This document shows positions 27,959 to 37,332 of a DNA stretch of 64,000 nucleotides, in pieces. Positions within the stretch are counted from its first letter, which is position 1, and every line of letters begins with the position of its first letter. The notes under the pieces are model-generated. The model searched no databases and had not been told where the DNA came from. It saw only the letters and a list, made by a program, of their open reading frames with translations. Where the stretch lies: IMG/VR virus record IMGVR_UViG_3300046002_007411, positions 47,708 to 111,707 of that record, one strand, 5' to 3'. The translations under genes were made by a program, and so were the position numbers. The DNA comes from a virus.

Positions 27959-29191
27959 TCACAACCCAGCTAGCTTCTTGACACGGCTGACATCAGGATT
28001 GGTGTTCATCCCCACTAGTTTTTTCAAGTGATCTTGAGTTTCACTGGGGTTGATTTCCCATTGCTCACGCCACCAGTCGTTGCTGGACACCAAAAACTTC
28101 AAAGTAGCTGAAACAGCTTGCTCATTGGAGCCTAGGTCCAGTTGATAATCTTGCCAAGCCTCTTGTGCTTGACTTTCTGCTTGACCAATCTGATCTTCCT
28201 GAATAACCACTTCAGTATCACTTAACCAATCTTGAAACTCTTCAAGTTCAGGTTTGGGTATGGATTTTTCCATACCCAACCATTGCTCTAATACTTCTTG
28301 ATGATCGGGACAATGCTGCTCGACAACTGGCCGTAACCAAGGTGCAAGAGCTGTTTTACGGAACTCCCGCATATTGGAATGACTGCTATGATATCCACGG
28401 GGACCACTCCAAGATTGCAGTTCATTGTTAATGTCATGCATGTGTTGATGAATTTCAGCTAGAGTTGGCAAAAGTTCATTTTGTAGTTGGGCAGGTTGGC
28501 GTAGTTTTCTAGCCGCGCTTTTTAAAACACCATAATGCTCACTTAGTGTTTTAAGGTAGCTGCTGACTTCATCATGAGCTTGCCCGCCTTGGCTCAAATG
28601 TCTTGCCCAGGCTCTTGCACCTTTTACATGACGAGTAGGCCAACCAAGACGTTCGCCTTGATCAGTTTCCACAAATATCTTGTGTATTTTGCGCCAACGA
28701 CTTCCCGGGGTATCTTCATTTACAATATCACTGTGTCTAACTATCATGCGACAGTTGCCCACACGTTGAAAGGAACTGCGGGTTGTGCCCCAAGGACGGC
28801 TGATGTCACGACTTTCTTCAACTGGTGGCTTTTTGGCTTCAATGTCTTTATCAAACTGAAACCAGTTGACACTTACGCCTTCTTTGTCGTTTATGTTTTT
28901 ACGCAACCACATATGTAAACTGAACAAATCGTTGAAATCTTGGGTGTTTCTCATGCGAGGAGTTTGTAAATCCACATGACTGTGGCTGTCCTCGTCATGT
29001 AAACTAATCAAAATGTCATATGATTTGATATTGGGATCATGAGGATCTGCTACTGTGGCATAAAACTGTCGAGCATCTTCAATCTTGAATGTTTCTTTTA
29101 TGTCTTCATCAAACATTTTTTTGACTTGCATGCCACGAGCTTTTAATATGCCATGTATTTTTTGTGTGATGATGTCCCAGTTAGGTGTCAT
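27959..29191 (-). CDS. Hypothetical virion-associated protein
   Basis: 410 aa; TAAATA plus AGGAG; C-term RVKKLAGL. Confidence 0.75.
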   Translation of the reverse strand: MTPNWDIITQKIHGILKARGMQVKKMFDEDIKETFKIEDARQFYATVADPHDPNIKSYDILISLHDEDSHSHVDLQTPRMRNTQDFNDLFSLHMWLRKNINDKEGVSVNWFQFDKDIEAKKPPVEESRDISRPWGTTRSSFQRVGNCRMIVRHSDIVNEDTPGSRWRKIHKIFVETDQGERLGWPTRHVKGARAWARHLSQGGQAHDEVSSYLKTLSEHYGVLKSAARKLRQPAQLQNELLPTLAEIHQHMHDINNELQSWSGPRGYHSSHSNMREFRKTALAPWLRPVVEQHCPDHQEVLEQWLGMEKSIPKPELEEFQDWLSDTEVVIQEDQIGQAESQAQEAWQDYQLDLGSNEQAVSATLKFLVSSNDWWREQWEINPSETQDHLKKLVGMNTNPDVSRVKKLAGL

Positions 29192-29211
29192 TATTAGTCT
29201 CCTGGCGATAT

Positions 29212-30804
29212 TTATCTAAAGGCCATGGTCATGGGAAGAGGTTCCATGAGTTCTTGATCGTCAAAATCGTCCCGTAGCAAATCACCAATTTTTTCGTCCC
29301 AGTTTTGCAATATTTGCATCATACGAACTGACAACATCATGCTCATCACACAGTCGTCGTGTTCTCCTGATTTGGCGGAAAAACTATCACCCTTGCTGAT
29401 AAAGAACTTCAGTTGTCGTATCAACATCTTGCTATGCGGAATTAAACGGTTGCTTTCAATAAGTGTTTTAAGCTTGCTGCATGCCATGGCTTTTGTTCTC
29501 ATATTGGTATTGAGACCTTTCCTGCTACGGCCTGAGGTTACGTTTCTTCTTGGTTCATGCACAAACTGTCCGGCAAATCTTTCTTCACCTATTTCATTAA
29601 TACTAACAAGTGCAGCTTCGCCCCAGGTATTGTTTTCCAAAGTCCAAAATATATCAGGATCGCCTCTATGTCCTTTTTGCTTGCATTCGTTGTAAATGAA
29701 CTCCAGTATTTTCATGAGAGTCTGTACTTGCCCGGGAATAGGTGTTAGATTATGACACCATTCGGCTACTTGTTCCATGTCCGGCAAACTCCATACACTG
29801 ATTGCAGCGTAGTCTTTGCCAATACCAGCACTGGGATCTAAACCAACAAGGTAAGTTTTATTAGCCTCGATATTTTTATACCATCGGATTTGTTGTGTTT
29901 TGAAAATTGGCTCCTGTCCGGTAAGTCGTTGCAAAGTTATACCACTTATAAGTGTTTCACTTTCACCTGCAAACTGGCACTCAAACTCTCGGAGAAATCT
30001 TTCTTGTCCAATTTTGTTGCGTTCTCGCTGTGCCCAGGTTTCGTCGCGTCCAGGAACTTCACTGTAATGTGCTGTAAATGCACGAAACCCGTTTATTCCC
30101 ATGCCTTCAGCATTTTCATTGCCGTATTCATCAGTCAACTTGTTGGCACCAAACCACAACTCAGCAAACATGTCTTCGTCACTTTTGGGAGTGGTGGTAA
30201 TAATACACCGGCCACCAGTGCTTAATGTGGGACTTATACTGGCCCAAAACTCCGTGGCAATATTGGTTTTCACGAAGGCAAACTCATCGAGATACAACAA
30301 GCTGATACTCATGCCTCGTCCACTATCAGCAGTGGTGGTAGTTGCCACAATACGACTGCCGTTATCAAAAGCAATGTCTTGTTGATTGTATTTTGTTACA
30401 CCCGGACGCAAAAAGTCCGGCAACTCCTCGTAAGCATATTTCACACGCATCATGATTTCACTTGCTGCCTTGAACTTGTGTGCAGCAATCAAGATAGTCA
30501 CGTCGTTGTTAAAACATGCATACCACAGCAAATAAGCAGCACTGCTGGCTGTTTTGCCACTTTGGCGAGGAATCATACATATGCTATTGGTATATTTCCA
30601 ATATGTAGTAACTAGTTTTTTTTGGAACTCCCATAGTTTAAAGGGCTGTCGACCTTTTGTGGGATGTTGCACGTAAATGTAGTTTTCAATAAAATAAAGT
30701 GGATCACTTGCACACTTTAAAAGTTCTTGAAACTGCTCGCGAGTATATTGAGTTTTTTGATAAGGAGTTTTGACTTTTATAAAGCTCTGTGCTATTTGTG
30801 CCAT
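29212..30804 (-). CDS. gp17: Terminase large subunit (gp17)
   Basis: PRQSGKT, LYLDEFAF, ITTTP, GLDPSAG and HDDCVM motifs. Confidence 0.96.
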   Translation of the reverse strand: MAQIAQSFIKVKTPYQKTQYTREQFQELLKCASDPLYFIENYIYVQHPTKGRQPFKLWEFQKKLVTTYWKYTNSICMIPRQSGKTASSAAYLLWYACFNNDVTILIAAHKFKAASEIMMRVKYAYEELPDFLRPGVTKYNQQDIAFDNGSRIVATTTTADSGRGMSISLLYLDEFAFVKTNIATEFWASISPTLSTGGRCIITTTPKSDEDMFAELWFGANKLTDEYGNENAEGMGINGFRAFTAHYSEVPGRDETWAQRERNKIGQERFLREFECQFAGESETLISGITLQRLTGQEPIFKTQQIRWYKNIEANKTYLVGLDPSAGIGKDYAAISVWSLPDMEQVAEWCHNLTPIPGQVQTLMKILEFIYNECKQKGHRGDPDIFWTLENNTWGEAALVSINEIGEERFAGQFVHEPRRNVTSGRSRKGLNTNMRTKAMACSKLKTLIESNRLIPHSKMLIRQLKFFISKGDSFSAKSGEHDDCVMSMMLSVRMMQILQNWDEKIGDLLRDDFDDQELMEPLPMTMAFR

Positions 30805-30807
30805 AGT

Positions 30808-31023
30808 TTAATTTAGCTTGTAGAGACCAATTACATTACTATAATCTCGCCATTCCCTGTCATCTACACTTATCACAACTTTATTAATAGTGGCTGAAAT
30901 ATTTTTCCGCCAATAGTTCAAAAAACCATGAGTTCGTCGCAACTCTGGCACTATGTCTGTATAGCTCCAAACAAACTCTTGTAACAGGCTGGGATAGTCG
31001 GGCATCCAATATGTCAACTGCAA
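30808..31023 (-). CDS. usg: Usg-family protein
   Basis: YWMPDYPSLLQEFVWSYTDIVPEL...FLNYWRKNI matches the Usg pattern Y.MPD.P.LLQ.FVW..D..P..FL..W; start uncertain. Confidence 0.75.
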   Translation of the reverse strand: MQLTYWMPDYPSLLQEFVWSYTDIVPELRRTHGFLNYWRKNISATINKVVISVDDREWRDYSNVIGLYKLN

Positions 31024-31059
31024 AACTACATTACGCTTTGCGGTTAAAATCCATGATGC

Positions 31060-31641
31060 TTATCCTTTTGTTACTTTCTGTCGGCGAATAGTTGACATGG
31101 GACTCATGCTGCCATCGTCTTGAGGTTTATCCCCAGCAAATGGATCCTTGTCAAACTCAGCCTTTGTGGGATCAGTTAACGGGCTAGCTTGTCCATCTTC
31201 ATTGTTGAACTCTTCCGCTAGGAACTTTTGCCAGTTGGCTTGTAGTTGATTGTGCAGTTGCTCAGCGAGAGGGTTGTTACCAACATGCGCAATACGTTGA
31301 GGCTCTTTGGGGCCGTTCCAAGTATATGTTTCCACATCAAGAGGTTCACCTTGATCATCAACTTCCTGGTGGCTGTGATCATAATCAGCAGTCTCTGCCA
31401 TGTCTTCATGATCGCATTGGCAATCTTGATGTCCACAAGTATCACAAACTTCTTGATGATCGTCATGCATGTGACTGGCAATGGGTTGGCTGTCAGGAGC
31501 ACTTACATAACCCACGGGCTTTTCCACACCTGCCAACGCCAGCAAACGTTGCAGCATGGCAGGATCATCTGTGCTGATGTTGCTGCTGCTGGTTGTTGAT
31601 CCATCTTGACTGTTGACAGTCAATGTATATGTGGTTGTCAT
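31060..31641 (-). CDS. Hypothetical acidic protein with LLALAGV motif and His/Cys cluster
   Basis: ORF with CDTCGHQDCQC; likely start ATG 31641. Confidence 0.7.
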   Translation of the reverse strand: MTTTYTLTVNSQDGSTTSSSNISTDDPAMLQRLLALAGVEKPVGYVSAPDSQPIASHMHDDHQEVCDTCGHQDCQCDHEDMAETADYDHSHQEVDDQGEPLDVETYTWNGPKEPQRIAHVGNNPLAEQLHNQLQANWQKFLAEEFNNEDGQASPLTDPTKAEFDKDPFAGDKPQDDGSMSPMSTIRRQKVTKG

Positions 31642-31642
31642 G

Positions 31643-32422
31643 TTAGTTTGCACCTTTTCGAGGTTGTAATTTTATTTTAGGTGCTGACTTCTTGTCTTGC
31701 CATGCACTTATGGTGGGTTGAGTTGCTGTGGTAAATGCATCATTTTGACTCAGCCAAGGAGCCAAGGGCATTTTGTCACTGGGTTTTTGCTGTGGCTTGG
31801 GAGTATCAAAGTGACTGTTGAAATCATCAGCTTGCACAGTATCACCTTGAGCTTTTTTCATATCCAACCATCCAAATAGCTGGCTGCCAGTGTCTACATG
31901 GCCAGGATCACGATTTTGACTGACATTGTTCAAATAAGCTAACAAACTTTTGTTGTAGTCGTCACCAAATGCTGCAGGATTAAGTGGTTGCTCTTGTTGC
32001 ATGTACTCTCTATCAGTGCTCAAGTAAGCCTGGTGGTGTAGACCATCTGCTTGAGCTTGTTGAGTTACATCGCTTAACCATTCTTGATGTTCGGCGTAAA
32101 GCTGCTGCGGTTCCTGAGCGCCACGCACACGTAGATGTTTTTCATTCATGTTCAATGCGCTGCGCAAGTCTTGCAGTAATACATATGGACTCAATCGCAC
32201 AGCCGTGGCCAAACGCACTTCGTAAATCTCACGATAGGGAATATCAAAAAAGTCCAAATCACTGTTTTGAATACGTTGCGGCGTGGTAATATCGCGCAAA
32301 TCAAACTTTTTCAAAACTTCTTCCATGGTATCCATGTCCACATCGCTGGGTTTTTGTGCAAACCTCACAACATATTCATGAAGTTGATGACTTTCTTGCA
32401 AATAATCTTTCAGTGACTTCAT
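31643..32422 (-). CDS. Hypothetical virion protein
   Basis: N-terminus MKSLKDYLQES; TATAAATA plus AGGAG. Confidence 0.75.
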   Translation of the reverse strand: MKSLKDYLQESHQLHEYVVRFAQKPSDVDMDTMEEVLKKFDLRDITTPQRIQNSDLDFFDIPYREIYEVRLATAVRLSPYVLLQDLRSALNMNEKHLRVRGAQEPQQLYAEHQEWLSDVTQQAQADGLHHQAYLSTDREYMQQEQPLNPAAFGDDYNKSLLAYLNNVSQNRDPGHVDTGSQLFGWLDMKKAQGDTVQADDFNSHFDTPKPQQKPSDKMPLAPWLSQNDAFTTATQPTISAWQDKKSAPKIKLQPRKGAN

Positions 32423-32455
32423 AACTAGCTCCTATAGCCTGTTATTTATAAACGA

Positions 32456-32902
32456 TTACGATTTATCTTGTGCTTTTTTAATACTGGCAATGATTTCATT
32501 GCGATCCATAACTAAATCACCACCTTTTATGGGATCTTGAGCAGGATCTTTCCTATTGGCATCTAGGCGCATTTTGTCAAGTTGCAGTTTTATTAGCTTG
32601 AGCTTCTTTTCCACTTTGCTGTTTTTGGCATCAACTGCAATTTTCAACATTGCTGCACTGCTGGAAAATATTTCTCCAGCCAGTCGAGTTTCCACGTTCA
32701 TACCAAGATCCAAGAGTTGTTGATGTGCTGATATAGCCATGTCGCCTAGACTATCCATTTCTTGGTCATGCTCATCGAACCCATTGATTTTACTAAAGGT
32801 TTTTTCCAGATCCTGTGCTTTTTCCAAGGCACCCTCGATGTCCTCCTGAGTGGGTTGTTGGTAATCAGGCAAACCAAATGTTTCAGCAAGTTGCTTGGTC
32901 AT
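32456..32902 (-). CDS. Putative terminase small subunit
   Basis: Helical 148 aa (EIFSSSAAMLKIAVDAKNSK...MDRNEII); close to the large terminase gene. Confidence 0.45.
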   Translation of the reverse strand: MTKQLAETFGLPDYQQPTQEDIEGALEKAQDLEKTFSKINGFDEHDQEMDSLGDMAISAHQQLLDLGMNVETRLAGEIFSSSAAMLKIAVDAKNSKVEKKLKLIKLQLDKMRLDANRKDPAQDPIKGGDLVMDRNEIIASIKKAQDKS

Positions 32903-32903
32903 G

Positions 32904-33341
32904 TTATTTGCGCTTTTTGCCTTTGGAGATATAAATTTGATCTTCAGTTAAAATTCTAAATGTCATACCATTTTGTTTGCAAAATGCCATGGCAGCAGCC
33001 CATTTGGCCATGTTGACAATTTGTGCTGCTTTGTCTTGTCGACTGCGAGCATGCTCAGCAAATACTTGGCTACGTGGTTTAACTTCCACAACTTCATGGC
33101 GTTTTTTACCATGGCCATCCTGATAAATGATCAAAAAATCTGGTATATATTGGCTGCGTTTGCCAGTAAGTGGATTTATATAGTTAATAGCTATGCTTTC
33201 ACTGGCCCATTGTATCACACTGGGATGGTTGTCTAGGAAGTTCATAACTGTGTGTTCCCAGCTGCTGCGGAAGTGAACATTTTGTTTGCCAATAAGCTTT
33301 TCAGGATGTGTAGGAACAAAAGTTCCTTGGCTCCATTTCAT
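32904..33341 (-). CDS. gp4: Head completion protein (T4 gp4-like, TnsA-type nuclease fold)
   Basis: RSSWE, WASE, YIPDF, EVKP and KWAAA...FRILTE motifs. Confidence 0.88.
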   Translation of the reverse strand: MKWSQGTFVPTHPEKLIGKQNVHFRSSWEHTVMNFLDNHPSVIQWASESIAINYINPLTGKRSQYIPDFLIIYQDGHGKKRHEVVEVKPRSQVFAEHARSRQDKAAQIVNMAKWAAAMAFCKQNGMTFRILTEDQIYISKGKKRK

Positions 33342-33841
33342 GATGTGTAGCCCTGAATATTACCACGTAATAAAGGATTGTTTTGCCAGTTGGGTTGTGT
33401 GTTTGCTCGCACAACTCCTATTTGGCTGCTGCTGTCACGCAAACTGTTATACACTGCTGTAAATCTAGGATCTAACTGCCCAGTTTCTTCATTGTAAAGT
33501 TTATTGGGATCAACTGTGGTATTTTGTGCAACGTAATAGCTAGCACTGGAAATTAACGGCTCACTTACGCCATCAGGAACTCCTATTTTTTGGAATACCC
33601 CTTTGACTCTATTGTATATTTGACTGGTGATTTGAGCTGTGGTAACAAACGGAACATTTGTAGTCAGCCAGTTGCCTGCATTGCCGCTGTCTTTAACACG
33701 TTCACGTGTTTTACTATCCACCCAAGCATATGCACCACCCGGCCCAGCTGTTTGTATGTTATTGCTGGCAATATTAATAGGAGGAGTGTTTAGAGCAATT
33801 TGCTTGCGTATGTTTTTTGCTATGGTATCATTATATGCCAT
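33338..33841 (-). CDS. Hypothetical protein
   Basis: Likely start ATG 33841; coupled to neighbours. Confidence 0.7.
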   Translation of the reverse strand: MAYNDTIAKNIRKQIALNTPPINIASNNIQTAGPGGAYAWVDSKTRERVKDSGNAGNWLTTNVPFVTTAQITSQIYNRVKGVFQKIGVPDGVSEPLISSASYYVAQNTTVDPNKLYNEETGQLDPRFTAVYNSLRDSSSQIGVVRANTQPNWQNNPLLRGNIQGYTS

Positions 33842-33842
33842 T

Positions 33843-34877
33843 TTATAATCCAAAAACCAAAATACCAAAAGGACTTATAACAGGACTGATATTAACTGCA
33901 CCGCCAACAGCTCCTAACAAGGGAACATAGACACTTTGAGCAATGGGACTAGGACTGTATATCAAATCACTTTTTGGTTGGTTTGCACGAGGATTTGGTG
34001 GACCTTGGGCTAGACCAACACGCATGTCAAAATCAACTGGTTGTGGTGCCCCATTGACAGTGGCAGTCTCTGGACTAGCTGACGGTTCCACTGTTTTAAA
34101 GTCAAAACCTGCTTCGCGATAAACTTCTCGTGCTTCTGCGCCTGTGGGATTTTCATAAACAAGTGATTCATACTTGAAACTCATTGTTACTTCTGCCAAA
34201 CCACTGTCACTGCTGTCAAAACTTCCCCAATCTATGCTGCTAATACGCGGACGCATGAGCTTGGTTACAACTGTGCCTTGCGCCCCTTTGCCATCACTTC
34301 CGCCAAACAGGCTCCAGATTTCAATACTATCAAAAAAGTTTCTTGCGCCTACTTGCGCACTTAAACCATACCCATACTGAATATTTTCAAAACTTTGTGG
34401 TAGTTGACTGCTAGCAGGAGCCAATCCATCTTGGTTATCTCGGCTTCGCGGATAAAGACTTTGGCTATCACCAAAGTAAAATCTAAAATAGTTGATCCAG
34501 AGATTCAAAGCGCGATTGTCACTTGTATCGTGTAACGTCATGGAAATATCGCGATATGTAACTTTGGTATAATTTTGTCGGCGTAGATTATATTGATTGT
34601 TTTCTTGAGTTGCTAACTCAACTTTGGGTCTATCAACTTTTTTAACCAAAAAACTCACAGCACGTTGATCTTCAAACCCATTGAGTTTTAAAGGGCTTGC
34701 AAACATGTTATCTACTTGCTGTAGAGTTTGGCTGCCAACATTGGGATTGAGATTGAACCGTACATAATACATGAACTTGTAGCGCGGCAACGCATACATT
34801 TTGTCGTTGGTTGCACGAGCAAAAAAGTTATTTGCATATGGTATAAAAGCTAACTGAGTGTCTTGATTTATTGGCAT
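33843..34877 (-). CDS. Tail-tube-like baseplate protein (gp48/gp54-like)
   Basis: LVKKVDRPK...NQYN...ISMTLHD...ISSIDWGSFD...VTMSFKYE resembles the tube fold; next to the tail tube gene. Confidence 0.7.
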   Translation of the reverse strand: MPINQDTQLAFIPYANNFFARATNDKMYALPRYKFMYYVRFNLNPNVGSQTLQQVDNMFASPLKLNGFEDQRAVSFLVKKVDRPKVELATQENNQYNLRRQNYTKVTYRDISMTLHDTSDNRALNLWINYFRFYFGDSQSLYPRSRDNQDGLAPASSQLPQSFENIQYGYGLSAQVGARNFFDSIEIWSLFGGSDGKGAQGTVVTKLMRPRISSIDWGSFDSSDSGLAEVTMSFKYESLVYENPTGAEAREVYREAGFDFKTVEPSASPETATVNGAPQPVDFDMRVGLAQGPPNPRANQPKSDLIYSPSPIAQSVYVPLLGAVGGAVNISPVISPFGILVFGL

Positions 34878-34896
34878 GGCTGTAATATTTAGTGAC

Positions 34897-34927
34897 AAAA
34901 AAAGGGCTTGAAACCAAGCCCTTTTTG
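34897..34927. terminator. Rho-independent terminator after the tail tube gene
   Basis: aaaaaagggcttg-aaac-caagccctttttg. Confidence 0.85.
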
Positions 34928-34946
34928 TTAAAACTTCCTGATTTAA

Positions 34947-35531
34947 TTATGCACCAGCAAGGGCTTCAGTTACTGCGGAGGTTAGAACAGTGTCTTGTGT
35001 GGCATTGTCATAACGCAGGCTCAGTGTTATTTGCATGGGTTCACTGCTGCTGTAATCAAAAGTATCATAAGTGACGTTTTGCAAGTAACAACCTTCAAGA
35101 TACCAAGCTTCCAACACACCAACGTTACCACCATCAAGTGTTTCAATCTTGGTTCTAAACTTGAACTGACTGGCAGTTGTAGCACTCGTTTGTGCAAAAA
35201 AGTTATGTTGTCTTTGTAGTTGGGCGCTGACCAAACGGCTAACAGCACTGGTAATATCATCTTGTATGGTTATTTCCACGTTTTGCCAAGTGGGTTTTTG
35301 AGGCACATACATAATGTTGTTGTAGCTGTGAATAGCTGTTTCACCAAACTGCACTTGTGGTCGCCCTGCGCTTTTAACTTGACGAGTTAGGTCTAAAGTT
35401 GGTCCCAAACCAGCAAAACGATCCATTGTAACACGGAAACGATACTTTAGCTTGGGCATGAGCATGCCAATACCATTAGTGCCAGGCACTAGGGGTACAC
35501 CAAATCTGCTCAATGTGGGGGTGAATACCAT
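34947..35531 (-). CDS. gp19: Tail tube protein (gp19-like)
   Basis: PKLKYRFRV...RPQV...WQNVEITIQDD...WYLEGC...LSLRYDNA; GGAGG RBS. Confidence 0.88.
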   Translation of the reverse strand: MVFTPTLSRFGVPLVPGTNGIGMLMPKLKYRFRVTMDRFAGLGPTLDLTRQVKSAGRPQVQFGETAIHSYNNIMYVPQKPTWQNVEITIQDDITSAVSRLVSAQLQRQHNFFAQTSATTASQFKFRTKIETLDGGNVGVLEAWYLEGCYLQNVTYDTFDYSSSEPMQITLSLRYDNATQDTVLTSAVTEALAGA

Positions 35532-35641
35532 TGTGATTCCTCCGATAATGTAAGATTATTTAGCGAAAATATTTTTTTGACAGATTGGGTTGAATGTTGC
35601 AGTATAAATATTTAAAATAAACTGTTGTATGCGAGAGTGCT

Positions 35642-37318
35642 ATGGATCTAAAAACTTTTTTGAACTTGAGTTCCAGTAAAAAATGGCTTGCTACAGTCAA
35701 AAAAAATCCCACGTGGAAACAGCAGCTATCAGCAATATATCCCAGCATAGTCAACTTGAAAGAACAGATTTACTTATATTTTAATGATTTAGATAAACCA
35801 CCAATCTGTTCTAATCCTTCTTGCAGCAAAACAGTTTCATGGCACGCAAATCACTACAGCAATACATGCAGTCATCAATGCGCTAATCAACTGTTAAAGC
35901 ATCTTGGAAAAGACCAAGAAATCAAAACAAAAATACGTAAGACAAATCAAGAAAAATATGGATGTGATAATCCACTGCAAAATGCTGCTGTTAAAAAACA
36001 ACGACTGGAAACAATGCATTCAAAATACCAAGGTGGCGCTAGCCCTTGCGCTAGGCAAGCTGCTAGCAAACGAATGCAAACATTAAATCAAATTTTACCA
36101 GAAATTTTGCAGGAAAAATATGGAGTAGCAAATGTGCAACAAATACCTGAGGTGCGTCGGCGTAGTCGAGAAACTCTGTTAGCCAATCACAACGTTATAA
36201 ATCCCAGTCAGATCCCTTATATCCAACAGCAACGCCAAGAAGACCTTTTAATAAACTGGCAATCTTTATGCAAAACCGTTGTTATAAATCAAATATTAGA
36301 TGATGTTACAACTGATTTGCCTTTTGCTAATAAAAGAATATCGTTTATATGCTGCTCTTGTCATTTAAATCAAACTTTACCTAGCGAAACATTTAAATGG
36401 AGGATTAGAGAAGCAAATACTCCTTGCATATCATGCAGCGGAATCAAGTCAGGAAGCTTGGAAGAACGTGATGTTGCTGAGTTTATCGAACAGCAGGGGT
36501 TTCAAATAGAGAGGAATACTCGACACATTATTGCTCCCAAAGAACTAGATATTTGGATTCCACAAACAAATATAGCCATAGAGTATTGTGGTTTATATTG
36601 GCATAGTGAGTCACAAATAGCTGACAAAAATTATCATAAAAACAAATGGCAACTTTGCCAAGATAAAAATATAAGGTTGATACAGGTGTTTCAGGATGAA
36701 TGGCTGCATAATGGTGATTTAGTTAAATCACGGTTATTGCACATACTGCAAAAGCAGCGGATAAAAATTCATGCCCGTAAAACAAAAGTAATAGAAATAT
36801 CTACCAAACAAGCACGAGCCTTTGCCTTGCAACATCATATACAAGGTCCAGGAACCGGGAACATTTGTTTGGGATTGCAGCACAATGATGATCTAGTTGC
36901 CGTAATGGATTTTGGCAAGTTAAGCATCAGCAAAGGACAAAAGCATGTCTTTAACACATATGAACTCACTAGGTTTTCCTCTAGCTATCCTGTTCCTGGA
37001 GGCGCTAGCAAGCTTTTTTCCTATTTCATAAACAAGTATCAACCTCAAGCTGTCTATAGTTACAGTGATTTGAGATGGAACACTGGACAACTATATGAGA
37101 CTTTGGGATTTCAGTTTGTCACTAACACTAATCCCAACTATTGGTATGTGCGAGGTGATAAAAGGTATCACAGATATAGTTTTAGAAAAGATCAGTTAGT
37201 TAAACTGGGGTATGATGCAACAAAAACTGAACGACAAATCATGGAAGAGTTGGGGTATGGAGTGATTTGGGATTGCGGTCATAGCAAATGGTTGTGGACA
37301 AAAAAGCCGGGCATTTAG
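35642..37318 (+). CDS. Hef-like homing endonuclease (Vsr/PD-(D/E)XK-type nuclease with C-terminal GNAT-like domain)
   Basis: Zn-binding N-term; KYG repeats; ELDIWIP..IAIEYCGLYWHS; FQDEW; GGASKL; SYSDLRW; IWDCG; antisense insertion between tube and sheath. Confidence 0.75.
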   Translation: MDLKTFLNLSSSKKWLATVKKNPTWKQQLSAIYPSIVNLKEQIYLYFNDLDKPPICSNPSCSKTVSWHANHYSNTCSHQCANQLLKHLGKDQEIKTKIRKTNQEKYGCDNPLQNAAVKKQRLETMHSKYQGGASPCARQAASKRMQTLNQILPEILQEKYGVANVQQIPEVRRRSRETLLANHNVINPSQIPYIQQQRQEDLLINWQSLCKTVVINQILDDVTTDLPFANKRISFICCSCHLNQTLPSETFKWRIREANTPCISCSGIKSGSLEERDVAEFIEQQGFQIERNTRHIIAPKELDIWIPQTNIAIEYCGLYWHSESQIADKNYHKNKWQLCQDKNIRLIQVFQDEWLHNGDLVKSRLLHILQKQRIKIHARKTKVIEISTKQARAFALQHHIQGPGTGNICLGLQHNDDLVAVMDFGKLSISKGQKHVFNTYELTRFSSSYPVPGGASKLFSYFINKYQPQAVYSYSDLRWNTGQLYETLGFQFVTNTNPNYWYVRGDKRYHRYSFRKDQLVKLGYDATKTERQIMEELGYGVIWDCGHSKWLWTKKPGI

Positions 37319-37330
37319 CCCGGCTTTTTT
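37300..37330. terminator. Bidirectional terminator
   Basis: aaaaagccgggc-attta-gcccggcttttt. Confidence 0.9.
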
Positions 37331-37332
37331 AT

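Noticed and set aside
12519-30804. Inteins or introns in helicases, UvsX or terminase
   Set aside because: All are normal length with contiguous motifs.
32904-33341. TnsA transposase / Tn7-like element
   Set aside because: Motifs and context match the T4 gp4 head-completion protein; no tnsB/C or element ends.
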